Positions 1-13,500 of a stretch of DNA of 64,000 bases are shown here, one piece after another. The notes under the pieces were generated by a model. That model was not told the DNA's origin. It saw only the letters and a list, made by a program, of their open reading frames with translations, and did no database searches. The position numbers and the translations under genes were made by a program. Position 1 is the stretch's first letter. Each line of letters starts with the position of its first letter. Origin of the DNA: Balanoglossus misakiensis (lineage: Eukaryota; Animalia; Hemichordata); the NCBI GenBank assembly GCA_040954595.2, contig CM082588.2, forward strand, positions 9,966,844 to 10,030,843. The letters run 5' to 3'.

Positions 1-1473
1 GACCAAAATTCGTGTAATAACCTCTTTATCATACATGCCTACCTATAAAACAGTACGATTTGCAGAAATGCGCCGAGAAAAACAATTTCAAATTTGAACC
101 GGGCGCTGGGATCACAGTAGTAGCCATGTTGTGACGTATGACGTGTGGGCCGTAGTATCATTTTAAGGGGGTTGGCAGCTTTCATTACGATGGGCACATC
201 CGCATTCTAAATAAAATTGTCTACGTTCTCTTTCAAAATATCATGTTAACAATTATTTTGCATTGAGAATTTCGAAGAACTAAAAATGATGCATTCAACA
301 TGACAAAACCGCCAGCTTTGAAAACTTTATTACAGCTTCTAATAACCGAATTTTACAACACCCCTCTCCACTATGCCCCGTGTGTCGCTCGCGCGCGCAG
401 TGAACTGTCACACCGAGACGCGGACACGATATTTTCACATTGTGAAATACCGTAAAATATCTTCGGGGCGAGAACAATAGAAAGTGTTAAATACTGGCGT
501 TGCATGTATGATAATATTACATAAACAACACTCTTACTTAGCTAAGGAAGTGGTCAGGTGAAATATATTTGCAGAGCTGACCAATTCTTTAAGGAAAATT
601 AAAGTTGGGTATTTTGGATGTATTCATACCTACAAACTGTGTTATGTATGGGACATTGATGTTGCCTAATACATCTCCACATTAACTTGAATTCTTAACG
701 GCAGCTATACAAGGCAGCGTATGGAAAGATCATTGTAAGACATACACAACACTTTTAGGGAGCATGGGAAATGTTCATGAGAACTGTGTTCTCGGAGCTC
801 ACAAACTGTGTTATGAGAAATTCAAGCTGCTAAACTTGCGTGTCTCTAAATTGACTGAAACTGTGATTATGAGCCAAAGAAGGCAACGTATAGGAATGTC
901 ATTCTACCACATACTGTTACTCAACACTTCTATTAAGCATGGGAAATAGTATTGAGAACAGTATTCTCAAAGTTGACAAACTGTGTTATGTGTAGAATAT
1001 CCAAATTGCCTAATTGGCAATCGTTAGCAACCAGTTGTCTTCAAGAGGGTTTGGGGCACCAACCTCAACATGCTTTAGTCTTTAGTGATCTAGCAAGTTA
1101 GCCTGCATATCGAGCAACTGTTAATGGAGTGAGTTGCTCAATGATAGGAAACTCCTTTGTTCATTTTCAAAATAACCAAAAATGTGAACAAAACACACTG
1201 AATTATGTATGGGATATATGGGATTGCCTAATTTGCGTGTCTCCACATTTACTTAAACTCTCACAGGGAGACAAATGTCACAGCAGACGGAAAAATGATT
1301 ATGCCACACAACACTTTTATTTAGCACGGGAACTGGTCTTGGGAAATGGGAGCTGACGCACTGAATTTTTGGAAATTCAAAGAGCCTAATATGCACGTTT
1401 CCATATTTGCTTAAACTCTGACTGGGAGCTGAACAAGGCACTAAATGGAAAGGTCATTGAGCCACATAAAGTC

Positions 1474-1825
1474 ATAGTCCAGTCGTTAGAGCATCAGACC
1501 CATAATCAAAGAATCAAGAGTTTGATCCCTGGCATGGTTGTGGTGTTGTGTCCTCTAGCAAGGCAATTTACATCTCCTTGCCTCTCCCCGCCCATAAGAA
1601 AATGGTAATTTGGTGGATCGGATATTGTAATGTGTATGTTCAGGTCAGCTGTGCTGATATAAAAGCTGCACATGTGAGCTGTTGTTTGCTCCCCATGGAG
1701 TGGGATGGAATATTTTAGGTCCAACGACCTAGGTCAAATTACCATGGGAAACACTTCAAAGCAGCACATTGAGATTTATTGCATAATGTGCTATATAAGT
1801 AATAAATATTATATTGATATTATTA
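1474..1825 (+). mobile_element. tRNA-derived SINE (degenerate), with a partial second copy at ~2400-2535
   Basis: A-box-like tagtccagtcgttagagc and B-box-like gagtttgatccc, then gtgtcctctagcaaggcaatttac (a common SINE core-like segment), then an L2-like 3' end aaagc..cacattgag...gtgctatataagt with an ATT-rich tail. Confidence 0.6.
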
Positions 1826-1899
1826 CATAAACAACACTCTTACTTAGCAAAGGGAGTGGTCAGGTGAACTATATTCGCAGAGCTGACCAATTGTTTTAA

Positions 1900-2233
1900 G
1901 GAGCAAAGTCTCTCTTTCGCCGCCTTTTTTCAATTAATTAAGTTTGATACAAGAACCCGTTTATGTTTTTCTACATGTGGCTATATAGTGAATCAACATT
2001 CAACCAACAACTTTCATCCCGTTTGTAGAATATGAGAGTAAAAATCTCGCCAAAATGAATAAATGGTAAACACAGATTATTCATTTTGGCGAGTTTTTTC
2101 ATTCTTGTGTGTACAAGTGGGGTGGAAGTTGTGTTTGGTCGAACATTGATTCACTATACAGCCAACATAAACGATGTCTTGTATCAAACATAATTAATGG
2201 TAAAAAGGGCAGCGAGAGAGACACTTTGTCCCT
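1900..2233. mobile_element. Kolobok-type palindromic MITE
   Basis: Long inverted arms with right terminus gagagagacactttgtccct. TTAA lies on both sides (1896-1899, 2234-2237). The paralogous blocks at ~590 and ~2606 show the empty site with a single TTAA. Confidence 0.85.
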
Positions 2234-5200
2234 TTAAGTAAAATTCAAGTTGTGTAATGTGGACGTATTCACATTTACAAACTGTTTTATAGTCACATGG
2301 GGATTAAATGCATATGCATGTGTATTTAAAGTTAACTGTAAATCCCCAGGTTAATACGTGGCCAAAAGCACTGTAATTTGACATTTCTAATAATGGTGAG
2401 ATGTTGTTTGCTCCCCAGGGAGTTGAATGGAATATTTATGTCCAACGACCTAAATCAAATGACCATGGGACAACTTTAAAGCACATTGAGATTTAATGTG
2501 CTACATACGTTATAAATATTATATTAATATTATTACATAACAAACTTTCTTGCTTAGCAAAGGAATTGGTCAGGTGAAATATATTCGCACATCTGACCAA
2601 TTATTTAAGGAATATTAAAGTTGGGTAATTTGGACGTATTCATATGGGTGTTGGTCAATGGAAAGTCCTTTGTTCATTTTCAAAATGGCAACCAAAAATG
2701 CGAACAAAACACACTGAATTCTGTACGGGATATTGATGTTGCCTAAATTGCGTGTTTCCACATTTACTTAAACTCTCACATGGAGACAAATGTCACAGCA
2801 AACGGAAAAATGACTATGCTACACACAACACTTTTATTGATCATGGGAAATGTTCATGAGAATTGTGTTACTTTTCGGGGCTCACGAACTGTGTTATGGG
2901 AAATCTGACAAGGAATCTTAACTGTACCACATACACAACACTTTTATTAAGCGTGGGAAATGGTCCTGAGAACAATATTCTCAGAGCTGACAAACTGTGT
3001 TATGTGAAATTCATGTTGCCTATTTCATGATAATGGCTTGTGGTACACAAGGGTTAACAGCAATCAGCAATTGCTTGTATGATAGGTATGATGATCGATT
3101 TACAAATTTCAATGGTATAATAATGGGCAACACACGTGGAAGTGTTTAATAAACAGTTAACTAATGTGGTGATGGTTTGTGGTAAAATTGAGGGTACACA
3201 GATTATAATGGGCCAAAACAATGAATATAATAGAGGTTGATGATGGTGAAGGGTTTCATATGAATGGTGTAATAAAGGTTAACAAATGTGGTGATAGCTT
3301 TGGTGTACAGGGCTGTTGATATCTTTAGTAATGACAAAGGTATAATAATGATAAAAGCTTAAATAAGTGTTGGGGCACAATCTTCATGATGGTTCATTCA
3401 TTGGTTAATGTGTATATTTTATTAATATCATGCTATTGTTTATCAGTTAGATCATAATCAGGATTTTTCCATGCACATCGTCACCATGATTCAGTGGAAT
3501 TCTTCGGAATGGTACCTGTGATCATTTTCGCGCATCAACGCATTGTACGTGACAGACATGCAGAAAATATTAACATGTAACTCACAGGCATAATGTTAAA
3601 TCTAAACAAATATGTTAGGTTAGCTTTACCTCCCCACGTACCCCATCCTAATTCCAAATTTAGCTTGCTGTGAGGTTTTTGGGTAGTACCAATTCGGAAA
3701 CTTTCATGGTTCATTCATCGAACCAAATATTGGATTTGACACACTGTGCCACGGGTGGGTAAAGCATGGTGAAATGTTGGCGGTAAACTTTAACCAGGCA
3801 GGTCACATGAAATGAAGATATTATCCTTTGAGTTTGATGACATACATGATAAGATATGTCAGTTTTGACACCTTTTTTGCAGACGTAGATGCTGATGTAT
3901 TTGTTTCCATTGGACACAGTAGGCAAAGTCCAGTCTGTGTTTAAAATGATACCCTGGTCACACACAGTGAGAAATATCAGCCTTTGACTTAAAGGGACAA
4001 AGTCTCTCTCTTTTTGCCTTTTTTTCATTAATTTTGATTCATTCAAGACACTGTGTATGTTATTTTAAATGTTGATATATAGTGAATCAACGTTCGACCA
4101 CAAACAAGTTCCATCCCGCTTGTAGACACGAGAGTAAAAAAATCACCAAAATGAATAATCGTTCTTTACCATTTATTCGAGCGCGGACGCGGGCCGGGCT
4201 TCGATCATTACCAATGTGCGCATGTGCAAGGGTATATACACAAAATGAAACGTCATACATATAATTATAGCTGTAGCGACAGTCATGGCGGATGCTTTGG
4301 CGTCTGTTCCCAGTAGCAGTGGTAAACGTAAACGTGCTCGTGGCCGCCCACAAACCACTGCTTCGGCAAAAAAAACGTAAACAATTGCTGAAACAAGTAG
4401 GTCAGATAAACATTTTCTCGGAAATTCATCGTTGGAATGAAATCAAACGCTCCTTGGTATTGGAAACGAACCGCCAAGTCGCAAAGGTCCTGATCGACCG
4501 GTAAGTACATATTCGTGCATTCACTGTGTACGTACTCCATAGCCAAAGATACGGCGTGAATTGTGTACATGAATTTAGAATCTGTGTCTCACAGAATCAC
4601 TGCGAGCATCATCTCAATGTAATTCTAAATGTGCTGTTTCAAGTCGTATTTCACTTAGTGATTTTGCCCAGCGCATACCTCGCCCTCGACCAGCAGTTGT
4701 ATGTAGTACGCTGGACCGTTTGTATCAATGTATGACTATGCGAGATAAATTGTACGGTACTGCAATGTTTTTTTTGTTTTCTTTTTTTTCCTCCGGACAA
4801 TCTACATGTATTACTGTTATCGAACATACGAGACAATATGCTTTTAGCGGAATTTGGTTGTTCTTTGTTCTGCTACAACTTCCGTTTTGTTATAGCCAGT
4901 TGTGTACATTTCTTGAGCTGTATATGAACTGAAGAAAAATTTGGCTATTTTCTCGTAGTTGTCTTATTCTCACCTTACGTGTCTGTAACCTGTCCTCTGA
5001 GGCAAATTATGGCTGTGTGTAATCCCTTCTAAAGACAGAAATTGGCTACGTAAACAAGCCATTGTAAAGGCAAAAAAAGGTTCATTGTGTCTTATTATTT
5101 GTGTGGACAGGTATTATGAACATCAAGTTACAGCAACAACAGATGCAGAATTTACCAGGCCTGCATCATCTCCAAGTGGCCAAGAAAGACTGCAAGTATT

Positions 5201-6056
5201 TGCACCGTCTATGGAAACTAGGTACCAAATAAATTTTGATCATGATACTTTGAGCTTTGTATAGTACACAATAGATTTTCATATTTGATGGGGCTCTTGC
5301 AGTATACATGATGTATATTGTTTTAAAGAGGTGACATGTTTTTATGGCTCATGAAAAGTAATTGTGTCCGTAATATAATTTATAGAAATGAAACAATGAA
5401 ATGTTGCATTCCACATAGTTATCTGTGTGATAGATGGGAATACCTAAAAGTATATATTTGTTTCTTAAAATTTATAGGCAACGTGATGATCAAGGACAAG
5501 CCACCCAAACTTTTCCTATGACATCAACGCCAGGAAATGGCCATCTTTGTGATATCGAAAAAAATTTAGAAGAATTAGTTGCATCAGAAATATCATCAGT
5601 CAGGTAGGTGTTTAAGCACTTTTTTTTTACATTACATTCAATGCTTCTAGCCACAATCTGTAGTATGAGGAAAAGCCTCTGCTCAAACTCTCAGGTGACA
5701 ATAATCAACATAACAATGGCGAAGTATACCTGACATTTGCCCTCCAATAAACAACCAAAATCATCCTATACAATTTATTCAGTGTGTTGACCAAGACATT
5801 CACGTCTATGGTTTTAATCCAGCAAACATAGGTTTTTCACTGCTTACTGGTTGGGGGATTAGGGGGAACTGGAACCTACAACGTTTGTGCAGACCTAGTT
5901 TGTCATGTATCAAATTTTAGTCTTTTTTTTTCTTTGTACAGGGTTTCTTCCATCTCTGGAATTGCAGAGATAGATGTTCAGGAGATAGGAGAATCATCAC
6001 AAGAGAAACCTATGGAATCTACAGAAGGCCCATCACAGCCAGTACAAAGTGAAAGG

Positions 6057-6488
6057 TATGACACTGTCTTTTCTTACACTCCCCGTACGCTGGGAGTGTG
6101 AGAACAGAGTGTGGGAACAAATTGTTCTCACAATCTCACTGAATAGAAAGCTGTATATGACGCGAGTGCTGATTGGTTGGCAAAGTGTTCTGTCGCTACG
6201 CGCACTAAATTTTATCCAATGGCGCGATGTGTATTACAGGCACAGAGACTACAACGTGCCCCCAGACAACAATTCCAGAGTCATTTATTCAATGTTTTTA
6301 ACGAACTTGGCTAATTTGTGACCGTGTGAGAAAAAGAATCTCACACACCAAGGACCTGGGATCATATTTCTCACACTCGTCGGGGATATTCTGTCCCACA
6401 CGAGCCACAGGTGAGTGTGGGACAGAAAATCCCCAACTCTTGTGAGAAATATGATCCCAGGTCCTTGGGAGTGTGAGATTCTATTAAT
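6057..6488. mobile_element. Non-autonomous hairpin-rich interspersed element (possibly Crypton-type) in a transposase intron
   Basis: Large internal hairpin at ~6336-6484 (gaatctcacac..caaggacctgggatcatatttctcac...gtgagaaatatgatcccaggtccttgggagtgtgagattc). A related copy in the opposite orientation lies at ~30910-31150. The family assignment is tentative. Confidence 0.6.
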
Positions 6489-7655
6489 CTGAAGATAAAC
6501 TGTAATTAGGTAAACTTTTATAGTGAAATGTGGCTTTCCCCCCTCTTTTGTACCTTTTGTGATAAACATTAATCTCCTGCTTTAGGACAAAAGCAGGAGC
6601 GACTGCTTTACATACATGTAAATGTACTAATTTCTAACTCCCTTGCTTATGCTTGTGTGAATAAGTTATTCTGTGTAGCTATCAACATGAAAATATTTCT
6701 TAGAAAGCAAAATGGCAAATGTTTACCAATCACCCTAAATTTACTTGTGTGAAACCAAGATAGAGAGGAACCTGTAAAAATAAGCAGTGATGCTGCTGTC
6801 CCTGTGTGCCCCTGTCACTTTGTTTCAGAGTTCAATTTTCATGTGTGTTATATTTAGTTCACAGCTGTAAATTAGTTCAGTACATATTGCCGTCTCATGT
6901 GTGCCTATTTTGTCATTTTTTTCTCCAGCGGCCGTGTAAGATTTCCAAGAAATTTGTCTGAGTCTTTCATCAATCCATTTGAGTAAGTTTTCCTTATTCT
7001 ATTGTCATATACGGCATGCATGTATCCCTTGCTTGAGCAAGCCTTTTCGATTGCTTCTTTTCTCCTGTTACACTAAATTTAAATTTGTTGGGAAAATCAG
7101 TTTCATGACATGCATCACGTGTGTCAGAACATTTGCTTGTACCTAAATTCATGGGAAATGTTTTCTTTCTTTTTTGTGCTTATGAGTGACTATATGTATT
7201 TTTAGTGAGCAGCATTGTCCCACTATTCAGATTAATTCCTTGGTTTTATTACTACCAGGTTGAGCATTGATATTTCTGAGGAAGACAAAGAGGAAGACAT
7301 GAACCTATGTGACGATGATGATTATGACTATGAGCCCAGCTTTGATATTTCTATAATGTAAGTGCGCATTTATCACTATCATCAAAGTTCCTTATTGGAT
7401 GGGTACACAACAAATGGAAGGCAAAATATCCTCATGGTTAAAAAAAGCCTAAGTGTTGGACGCTAAAATTCATATATATGATAAATTTTCTTTTATGAAT
7501 GAAACATCAACTTACAACATTTGTACTAACAGCTTACTGACAAACTCTGATGGACAAGTCTTGAGCATTGTTAGGATTTTTTGTCCATTTCTCAGAACTA
7601 ATGGCGTGCAGGTGGTTCCTGCCATTGGTGACGACGATATTGAAAGTGACGGTGG

Positions 7656-7689
<34 letters not shown>

Positions 7690-7850
7690 ACACCATCACC
7701 GGGTCTGCAGAGAGTTGTCACAGAAGAAGATGGGGAAAGCCTCCTTGGTGACTCTACAACATGTCTGGTTTTTTTGAACCAGCTTCTGGCCCTTGGCAAA
7801 AAATCTATTAGGCAAGTCTGTGCATTGAAGTCTTGCAGTGGATTGATATC

Positions 7851-9038
7851 GAATGTAGAATGTAGAATAGTTTATTGCGTTCCAAGGCCTCCGGCCCATA
7901 TGCAAGGGGGTTACAAAAATTTAACATAGAAAGACAGCAAAATAAAGTACAGCTGTACATGACCATTAAACAGTTTAAATTCTGTCTCTTGAAAAAAGTG
8001 AGAGAGATATCTTTCTCTGCTTAAACGCTTTGCTTGTGAAAATACAGAGGTTGAGAAGCTCATCATTGCTAGACGTGTTCATAAGTCGTACAAATTTGTG
8101 AAAAGTTGGATGCTCAAAGTAGATATGTGATAAATACTGTTTTCTGAGGTCTGTGTAAGCAGAGCATTCAAGGAGAAAATGGTATTCATCTTCTACTGCT
8201 CCTTTTGTACAAAACTTACATAGACGATCTGGTACATCTATATTATGCCTTCTCCCCTCCTCAATAGCAAGGGGCAGGGTAGAACAGCGAAAACAGGTGA
8301 ACAGTTGTAAGACATTGCGACTACATGGTAACCTAAGATACTTCTCAGGTTCGAGCATGCTTTTAAATTGCATGTATGTACGGAGTTTAGGTTTCAAAGA
8401 TATTTTACTGTTCCAAAGTTGTTTAAAGATATCTGAAAGCCTAGAATCAAAAAGTGACAAAAATTGCTGTTTGTTTCCTATTTCTTGGGCAAGCCAGGCA
8501 TAACCGAAACCATAAGAAAATAAAACATTCTTTATAGATGTTGCCCACGTGTGGCGACCCAAGCCATCAAGATTACATAACATGATGTATGCTTGTCTTG
8601 GAAGACGGTTTGGAGGCATTTCAAGTAATTTTATCCAATAGCGAATGCAACGCTTTATAGTGTAAAAATGAACAGGACAACGACCGCATTCACCCAATAC
8701 TGCTTCATTTGTTGTATTGCCCGGTATACCTAAAAATTTTCTACACCATTTTCTGTGTACCTTCTCCAGAGCATCGTACAAAGTAAAACCCCAGACTTCA
8801 GAACCATAGCATAAAATTGGTAATATCATAACATCGAAAACTTTAAAATGAGAATACAGATCAAAGTGACCTAACTTCCATCTAGCAATTGACAGCATAT
8901 TGAGGGCTTTACTAGCCTGGTTTGCTAGATTTTGGATTGATTTCGACCAGTTGTTGCGAGATGAAAAGAATAAACCCAGGTATTTGTAAAATGAAACAAT
9001 ATTTACAGGACTTGTACCAAATTGCCAGTTTTCCCAAC
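7851..9038 (-). mobile_element. 5'-truncated non-LTR retrotransposon (RTE/RTEX-like LINE 3' end)
   Basis: The minus-strand ORF (~9038 to 7975) encodes the RT thumb and C-terminus: FYKYLGLFF..ILCYGSEVWG..C-terminal CKFC..EDEYHFLLEC..Y..LR. The 3' UTR has AATAAA and an (ATTCTAC)n tail at 7851-7868. The element is flanked by a ~190-bp direct repeat (7655-7850 / 9039-9228). Confidence 0.88.
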
Positions 9039-10595
9039 GTGATGATGATGATGATGATGATGATGAAACACCATCACCGGGTCTGCAGAGAGTTGTCACA
9101 GAAGAAGATGGGGAAAGCCTCCTTGGTGACTCTACAACATGTCTGGTTTCTTTGAACCAGCTTCTGACCCTTGGCAAAAAATCTATTAGGCAAGTCTGTG
9201 CATTGAAGTCTTGCAGTGGATTGATATCCTCTACTTCAAAGTTTGTTGGCTCAGCTTTATATCTAAAGTGGGTGAGTGTGAACTAAATATGGTATATTCT
9301 TGACAATTATTGTTAAACTATACCAACTGTAGTGTGCATTGTATGGACAATCACTATGCCAGTATTATTTAGATGAACAGGAAACTCTAGTTATAATCCT
9401 CTGTGGGTGCACATTGTTCCTTTAGGTTTATAATAAAAAACAATAGTCAACTGAAATTGCAAAGTTATCCGTATTAACATGTGTTTTATCGTGTCATAGA
9501 GAAATCAACATGAAATGATCAAATAAGCATGAATCTTTAAACTGTTTTTTTTTCAGGAATGCTCAGCTGGTCACCTTGAGTACGAATGGTGTTCACAACC
9601 AATTTTGAACAGGATACTTCATAGTGGTGATCTCTTCACAGCAGCTGCCGTTCTATTGTCTGGTAATAATTATGCCAAAATTAATTTTTTGGCAAGCATT
9701 CTGTCACTCAGAATTTGCTCCCAGAATACTTACAATAGAATTCAGAAAGCTTATCTAATACCATGTCTTGATGAATTTTGGATACGACAACAACAAGACA
9801 TTATTATCTGTTTATTATCTGTTCTTCTGCAGATCGACGACTGAATTGGAATCTTTCCAACAACACATTCTAATGTACGCTTCCAAGAGGTATGCTTACT
9901 CACCACCAGCATACAGGGCCAGAAATATCTTGGCCGCCTTAGACCACAATGCGCACCTAGAAAGGGAAACAAGGAAAACTAAAGATGGTCAAGAAATGTG
10001 AGTCCAAACAACACTTTATTGCATAATCTTCAAATGTAAATGAATGCCAAAACACATTAAATATAACCACAGTAATCACTTTTAAAATGTAGCTTTTGCA
10101 GAAAACAAAATGTCATTCTGTGAAAGACAAGCAGTTTAAAAACAAAATTCAAAATAACAATTGAAAGGTGTAAAATCGTGGTAAAAAAAGAAATGCATGC
10201 ATACAGCATGTGGCATTGTTGCATATAAAAACAATACAGTAAGTGAAGTAAAAATGATTGCACAAACTAAGTTTTTGATCACTGCGTTTCAATCAAAGGT
10301 ACTACAGAAAATTCAACAAAAAGAGCAACAGATGGTCCGCCGCTCCAGTAAAAGAAGCCAAGTCCTATCCCTACATCAGGCCACTGATAAAAGATATTCT
10401 GCAGAAGAGACTTCAAGATAGAGAAGGAATGAAGAAAAAGAGAGAACTAGAAACTACAGATCCTAGGAGAATATCCATGCATCTGGCTCAAATACCACCA
10501 CCACCAACAACTGATCTAGTAAAAGAAAAAATATTGAGACGAACCAGAGAATTGCCTGAATGATTCCATATGTAAATACATGTAGACAAAAAAAA

Positions 10596-13500
10596 CTATT
10601 GTAATCTTGAAGGAACAAATCCAGTGTAGCGGGCGAATGGGTCAGGAAATCGGTCCCGGATCTCCCAGACACAGCAACTGGGAATGACCACACGGTTTCC
10701 TGCACCTAAACGACCATACTGCCACATGACATACTGCCTATAGGCAGCATGTCGGTTAGCTGTGTTATTGTCATCATCATCATCATCAGTAGCAAAGATT
10801 TCTCGCCTGCAGGTCCTAGCCAAGGCCAACACAGCCTCATTGAGCACAAGCAAATTGAAATCCTGGTGACAGAAAGATAACAAAAGTTAGGTTCAGTAAT
10901 ATGTAAAAAAAAGGAAGAGCCTACAGTCAAACCTCTCTATAGTTGCTGTGTCTGGAAGATCCGGGACCGATTTCCTGACCCATTTGCCCGCAACACTGGA
11001 TTTGTTCCTTCAAGATTACAGTAGTTTTTTGTCCACATTTACATTCATTCACATAAAGTGTAAACCACAAGCAAATTTAATGAAATATTTACAAGACTTT
11101 CAACTCATATTGTAATCACTCAAGTTTTATTACTGACAGTGACATAGATGACATGCTGTTGTCATTTACCAAAATGTAACATTTTTAAAGGGACGAAGTC
11201 TCTCTCTCTCACTGCCCTTTTTCCAGTGATTTTGCTTGATACAAGACACTGTTCATGTTATTCTACATGTGGATATATAGTGAATCAACATTCGACCAAA
11301 CACACCTCCCATTCCTGCTTGTAGACACAAGAGTGAAAAACTAACCAAAATAAATAAACGGTCTCTACCATTTATTCATTCTGGGCAAGTTTTTACTTCG
11401 CATGATACAAGTGGGATGGAAGGTGTGTGTGGTTGAGCGTTGATTCACTATATATCCACATGTAAATTAACATAAATAGTGTCTTGTATCAAACATAATT
11501 AATGGAAAAAGGGCAGCGAGAGAGAGACTTTGTCCTGGGAGGTGTGTGTGGTCGAACGTTGATTCACTATATATCCACATGTAGAATAACATAAACGATG
11601 TCTTGTATCAAACATAATTGATAGAATAAGGGCAGCGAGAGAGAGACTTTGTCCCTTTAACTTTAGAATAATCAGTTTGTATTGATGTTTTGTTCTGAAG
11701 ATTTTGTAAATTTGTCAACAAAGATGTTTTCTATAGCACACTACTCGACGATTTCCTTACACTGCCATGCCAAATGTGACAATGAAGCTGCACTGGCCAC
11801 CAGTACTTCACAGAATTTTTTTTATATATATATTTAGTTGTGTTGATGTCAACACCAACTTCCAAAGGGAATTTTTATATCATTGTTTTCTTGACTTCAG
11901 AAAGCAATCTCAGGTTTTGAATAATAGTGGTGTGTTTCCAGTGTCTCTTTAAATTTCAATGTTTATCTGACCTCTGTATTGGTATATGCAGAATCTAACA
12001 CTAGACGTCTCAATATATGCATAATGCACAAATTATAAATTCCTGTATCGTGTTACAAATACATATTTCTGTATACTTTGAGTTTGTAACCTGTTCTTCC
12101 AAAGTTCCGTCCTCAACACATGCACTCTTTTCACAACCCTTCAGGTTGGCTCTAAAACTTCTGACAAAAACACACAAACAACCAGCTTTGCTTTGCTATA
12201 TGCAAACCATTGTGGATATACTTTGCAAAAATGTTACAGGAAGTACAGTTTGACTGTAGCCAGGTTAGTGGAACTGAATGTGTTCAATTTAACTTAGAGT
12301 TCAAATTTTCAGTTCATAGAGGTTTAGTAGTGAGTCCTTGTAGAATTATATTCATGTACAAGTTAAAATCCAAAAGCTTACTTGACTTACCGGTGATCTT
12401 GAGATGCAGTTTTGTGGCTGTTTATCGCAGCACATTTTCTCCATTTCTGTTGGCATCTGCCGACAGTGACTGCAAATGCACCAGTCAGGTGATTGAGTTG
12501 CTGAGGGTGGGTGGTATCCCTGCTGTTCTAGTGTTACTGGGAATATGAGATTAAACATCAAACCAGGCTGCCAATCAACCATTTGTAGCACCATTCTTTG
12601 CAGTTCATCGTTTTTCATGTGTTCAACAGCAGCCTGTGGACAGATTGTTAACAATTTCATTGAATGATACAAACAGCATTATTTTTATTGTTTTGTTTTA
12701 TTTATATATGTATGAAATAAATGTATGTTTTTAAAGTTTACCTCCATTCTTTGTCTCCTTTGTTGTAGTTGGGCAACAGCATCTCCAACAGATACGGATG
12801 TTGCACCCCTCCTACCCCTTCCACGTCGTCGGCTTGTACTCCCCCGAGCTGCAACACTTCCTCCTCTCTCAGTCTCACCACCTCGACCTCTACCCCTACC
12901 ACGGCCTCGACTTGTACTCCCCCGAGCTGCAACACTTCCTCCTCTCTCAGTCTCACCACCTCGACCTCTACCCCTACCACGGCCTCGACTTGTACTCCCC
13001 CGAGCTGCAACACTTCCTCCTCTCTCAGTCTCACCACCTCGACCTCTACCCCTACCACGGCCTTGACTTGTACTCCCCCGAGCTGCAACACTTCCTCCTC
13101 TCTCAGTCTCACCACCTCGACCTCTACCCCTACCACGGCCTCGACTTGTACTCCCCCGAGCTGCAACACTTCCTCCTCTCTCAGTCTCACCACCTCGACC
13201 TCTACCCCTACCACGGCCTCGACTTCTACCATGTTGTCCTCTACCTCTTTCATTTGTACTTGGGCTGGATTCTCTTTCTGCGTTATCTATTTCACTTGTC
13301 TGGAAAAAAAATAAGATTTTAAATTGAAAAATGGTAATAAATAATTTTGTACATGCAGTTATATTGCAAATCATGCAATTTCATGAATTAGGTGAAATTT
13401 GTGAACATAAATCCATTATTCATATGCATGTAAAATCCAGACGTGTACAATGATTGCCCTCTACCAAAATAATCAAATTTGCTCACTAACCCAAACAGTA

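Larger units (their letters stand above)
500..3020. repeat. Complex local duplications (shared block at ~517, ~1822, ~2533) interrupted by SINE and MITE insertions
   Basis: The block ttacataaacaacactcttacttagc...gtggtcaggtgaaatatatt..cagagctgaccaatt recurs three times with substitutions. The segments aaactgtgttatg and cacaacacttttatt also recur. Confidence 0.7.
4285..10563 (+). pseudogene. Kolobok transposase, multi-exon, disrupted by a frameshift, a LINE insertion and loss of the catalytic core
   Basis: Predicted GT-AG exons (small internal ones approximate): 4285-4500 (INIFSEIHRWNEIKRSL..VAKVLIDR; frameshift at the A-run ~4368-4376), 5111-5221, 5479-5603, 5942-6055, ~6930-6982, 7259-7357, ~7597-7850 continuing at 9229-9271, 9557-~9803 (CSAGH..WCSQP..GDLFTAAAVLLSGNNYAK), 9833-9997 (TTELESFQQHILMYASKR..ARNILAALDHN), and 10299-10563 (YRKFNKKSNRW..KSYPYI..PPPPTTDLV). 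Confidence 0.8.

Noticed and set aside
1474-1560. Functional tRNA gene
   Set aside because: The A/B boxes are degenerate, no convincing cloverleaf forms, and it continues into a SINE body.
9039-9177. N-terminal poly-Ser part of the 400-aa ORF 7975-9177
   Set aside because: It is antisense read-through into the duplicated Kolobok exon and not part of the LINE protein.
10596-12633. Host P2X7 receptor gene
   Set aside because: Only the Cys-rich C-terminal-like domain is present. There is no P2X channel or transmembrane exon, and it lies between transposon TIRs.
12725-13322. Alternative-frame ORFs over the 78-bp repeat (mucin-like TTSTSTP, VEVEVV, HHLDLY)
   Set aside because: They are open only because the repeat lacks stops. 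Only the RG frame has in-phase splice sites joining the Cys-rich exons.
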